A stretch of DNA of 64,000 nt from Scyliorhinus canicula (lineage: Eukaryota), in contig NC_052153.1 in the NCBI RefSeq assembly GCF_902713615.1, forward strand, positions 149,249,772 to 149,313,771. Direction: 5' to 3'. A program made the translations under genes and the position numbers. Below the pieces are notes generated by a model. That model was not told the DNA's origin, made no database searches, and saw nothing but the letters and a program-made list of their open reading frames with translations. Positions 61,569 through 64,000 of the stretch are shown piece by piece; the first letter of the stretch is position 1; every line of letters begins with the position of its first letter.

Positions 61569-62360
61569 GTATTGCATAAAGAAAAAGGGGCCAGGGTGGA
61601 CTGTTTTTGTCAGTTATATTCCATTTGAATATATAAAGGAAGATTTGGAATTTAAGACCTCTGTTACTCAGCTATCAAAAGCCTTATCTGTTCCATTTAT
61701 CTAATGAATACCTCATTATCAATGAGTAAGCATATCATGTAATTTGCCAATCTGTCGTAGAGTCTGGTTCGATTCCTGTTCTGAGCTTATTTAGCTAAGC
61801 TCAACTAGAATGGTAGTGGGAAATTATACCATTGGCCTTCTTTCCCCTAAATTGAGAGAAGAAAAAATTGGCGAAGGCATGCTTACTTGATCATTGACCA
61901 GTGACTACTTCTAGACTCATGTGCAAGGAAGCCCCTTGAGCACAGAGTATGGATTGGCGATGACGCCTCTACTGGAGAATAGCACATTGACATCAACTTA
62001 AAGGTACCTGTCCATTAAGCATCCATGGATCTAAATGATAACACAAAAATAAAGAAAAAAAAGGGAATCAGCAGGAAGACTCTTATACTTTGCATCCTTT
62101 TATTTGCATCCTTTACAGTTTCTATCGCTTCACTGATTTCTCTCTTATAGTACTGAATTTTTAAAATTATGTTAAACTTTGGTTGCAGTATATTTTTCTG
62201 TATCTTCCTTTGTATTTCAGATCACTCATTCAACTTCTGTATTCTCTTACTTTCATTGTAAATTCTGTGCCCTTTTTTTTTTTGAAGGATTGACAGAGAT
62301 CAAATTTCTTTGTTTGTTTACTTCTAATTTGCTACGCCATCTATTTAATCGGAACTATTA

Positions 62361-63053
62361 AGCATGGTGGCACGGTGGTTAGCACTGCTGCCTCACAGCA
62401 CCAGGGAGACCCGTATTTAATTCTGGCCTTGGGTGACTGTCTGTGTGGAGTTTGTAGTTTCTCCCTGTGTCTACGTAGGTTTCTCTGGGTGCTCCAATTT
62501 CCTCCCACACTCCAAAGATGTGCAGGTTAGGTGGATTGGCCATGCTAAAATTGCCCCTTAGTGTCCAGGGATGTGCAGATTAAGTTAAAGGGTTATTGGG
62601 ATAGGGCGGGGAAGTGGGTTTGGTGGAGTGCTCTTTCAGAGGGTCGGTGCAGATATGATGAGCCGAATGGCCTCCTGCACTGTCTATGAAGGGATTCTAT
62701 GAAGCATGGCTGCCGCATTGAGTTATAAGTTTGTTCTGATCACTTGTGATGCAGTCTTTCATCAAAGTAGGGTAAGAATATCGACCGGTGACTGTGTGGA
62801 GTTTGCATATTCTCTCCGTGTCTGCATGGGTTTCCTCCGGGTGCACTTGTTTCCTCCCACAGTCCAAGAATATGTAGATTAGATGGATTAAATTACCCCT
62901 CAGTGACCAGGGATGTGTGGGTTAGTTGGGCTTACGTGGGTTTATGCGGTTGCGTTGTGTGGGCCTTGATAGGCTGCTCTTTTGGATGGCCTGTGCAGGC
63001 TTGATGGGCTGAATGGCCTCTTTCTGCACTATATAGATTCTATGGTTCTATGA
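62361..63053 (+). mobile_element. Two tandem HE1/V-SINEs, CR1-type tails
   Basis: 62361-62701 full, 62786-63053 5'-truncated; ATTCTATG tails. Confidence 0.82.
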
Positions 63054-63083
63054 TCTAATTGCTTTCATCTTCATTGTAGTTGC

Positions 63084-64000
63084 TTCTTTTTTAAAAAATA
63101 ATTTTTATTGGAATTTTCTACAGAAAATATAAAATATAAGGACAAACAATGAAATGCAACAAAATAACCCATAATAACTGTAAGCCCCCCCACCGGGTTG
63201 CTGCTGCTACTGTCCCCGTACCCTATCGTTGAGCCAGAAAGTCGAGGAAAGGTTGCCACCGCCTAAAGACCCCTTGTACCGATCCTCTCAGGGCGAATTT
63301 GACCTTCTCTAGCTTAATAAATCCCGCCATGTCATTGATCCAGGTCTCCACGCTTGGGGGCCTCGCATCCTTCCATTGTAGCAAAATCCTTCGCCGGGCT
63401 ACTAGGGACTCAAAGGCCAGCACACCGGCCTCTTTCGCCTCCTGCACTCCCGGCTCCACCCCCACCCCAAAAATCGCGAATCCCCATCCTGGCTTGACCC
63501 TGGATCCCACCACCCTCGACACCGTCCTCGCCACCCCCTTCCAGAACTCCTCCAGTGCCGGGCATGCCCAGAACATTATGGGCATGGTTCGCTGGACTCT
63601 CCGAACACCTGACACACCTGTCTTCACCCCCAAAGAACCTACTCATCCTAGACCCGGACATGTGGGCCCGGTGCAGCACCTTGAATTGGATGAGGCTAAG
63701 CCGCGCACACGAGGAGGAAGAATTAACCCTCTCCAGGGCATCAGCCCATGTCCCGTCTTCGATCTGTTCCCCCAGTTCCCCCTCCCACTTAGCTTTCAGC
63801 TCCTCTACTAATGCCTCCTCCACCACCTGCATAACCTTGTAGATATCAGATATCTTCCCCTCTCCGACCCAGACCCCCGAAAGCACCCTGTCACTCACCC
63901 CCCTCGTGGGAAGCGAAGGGAATCCCTCCACCTGCCGTCTAGCAAACGCCTTTACCTGCAGATACCTGAACATGTTTCCCGGGGGGAGCCCAAATTTCTC
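63084..64000 (-). mobile_element. L1 3' end (ORF2 C-terminus, 3' UTR, poly-A), continues beyond window
   Basis: FRYLQV, CARLSLIQFKVLHR, MFWACP, ARRRILLQWK. Confidence 0.9.

Noticed and set aside
457-63053. Repeated ORFs such as GHCLCGVCTFSPCLRGF / GRMCKLHTDSDP
   Set aside because: Chance translations of the V-SINE core, not a Cys-rich gene family

Overview
Eukaryotic vertebrate DNA, almost certainly from a cartilaginous fish (shark; inferred from dense HE1/V-SINE-like and Deu-domain SINEs plus CR1, Rex1/Babar and L1 LINEs). It is not prokaryotic, so most entries in the six-frame ORF track are spurious or transposon-derived. The main gene is BDP1 (TFIIIB B'' subunit, + strand). It has a CpG-island promoter with two divergent ZNF143/Staf-type sites (~13.7 kb), a non-coding first exon, and 15 phase-consistent coding exons from 18524 to 61568 (3041 nt, ~1013 codons, SANT/Myb domain in exons at 37897-42100). 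The gene continues past the window. The rest is layered transposons. The most notable observations are: an ORF1-only (HAL1-like) L1 derivative; a gag/protease-only two-LTR element; one V-SINE head/core carrying three different tails (CR1-like, Rex1-like hairpin, poly-A with L1-type TSDs); a probable GC-AG intron; and uORFs in the BDP1 leader. Repeat boundaries are read by eye and approximate unless a TSD is quoted.
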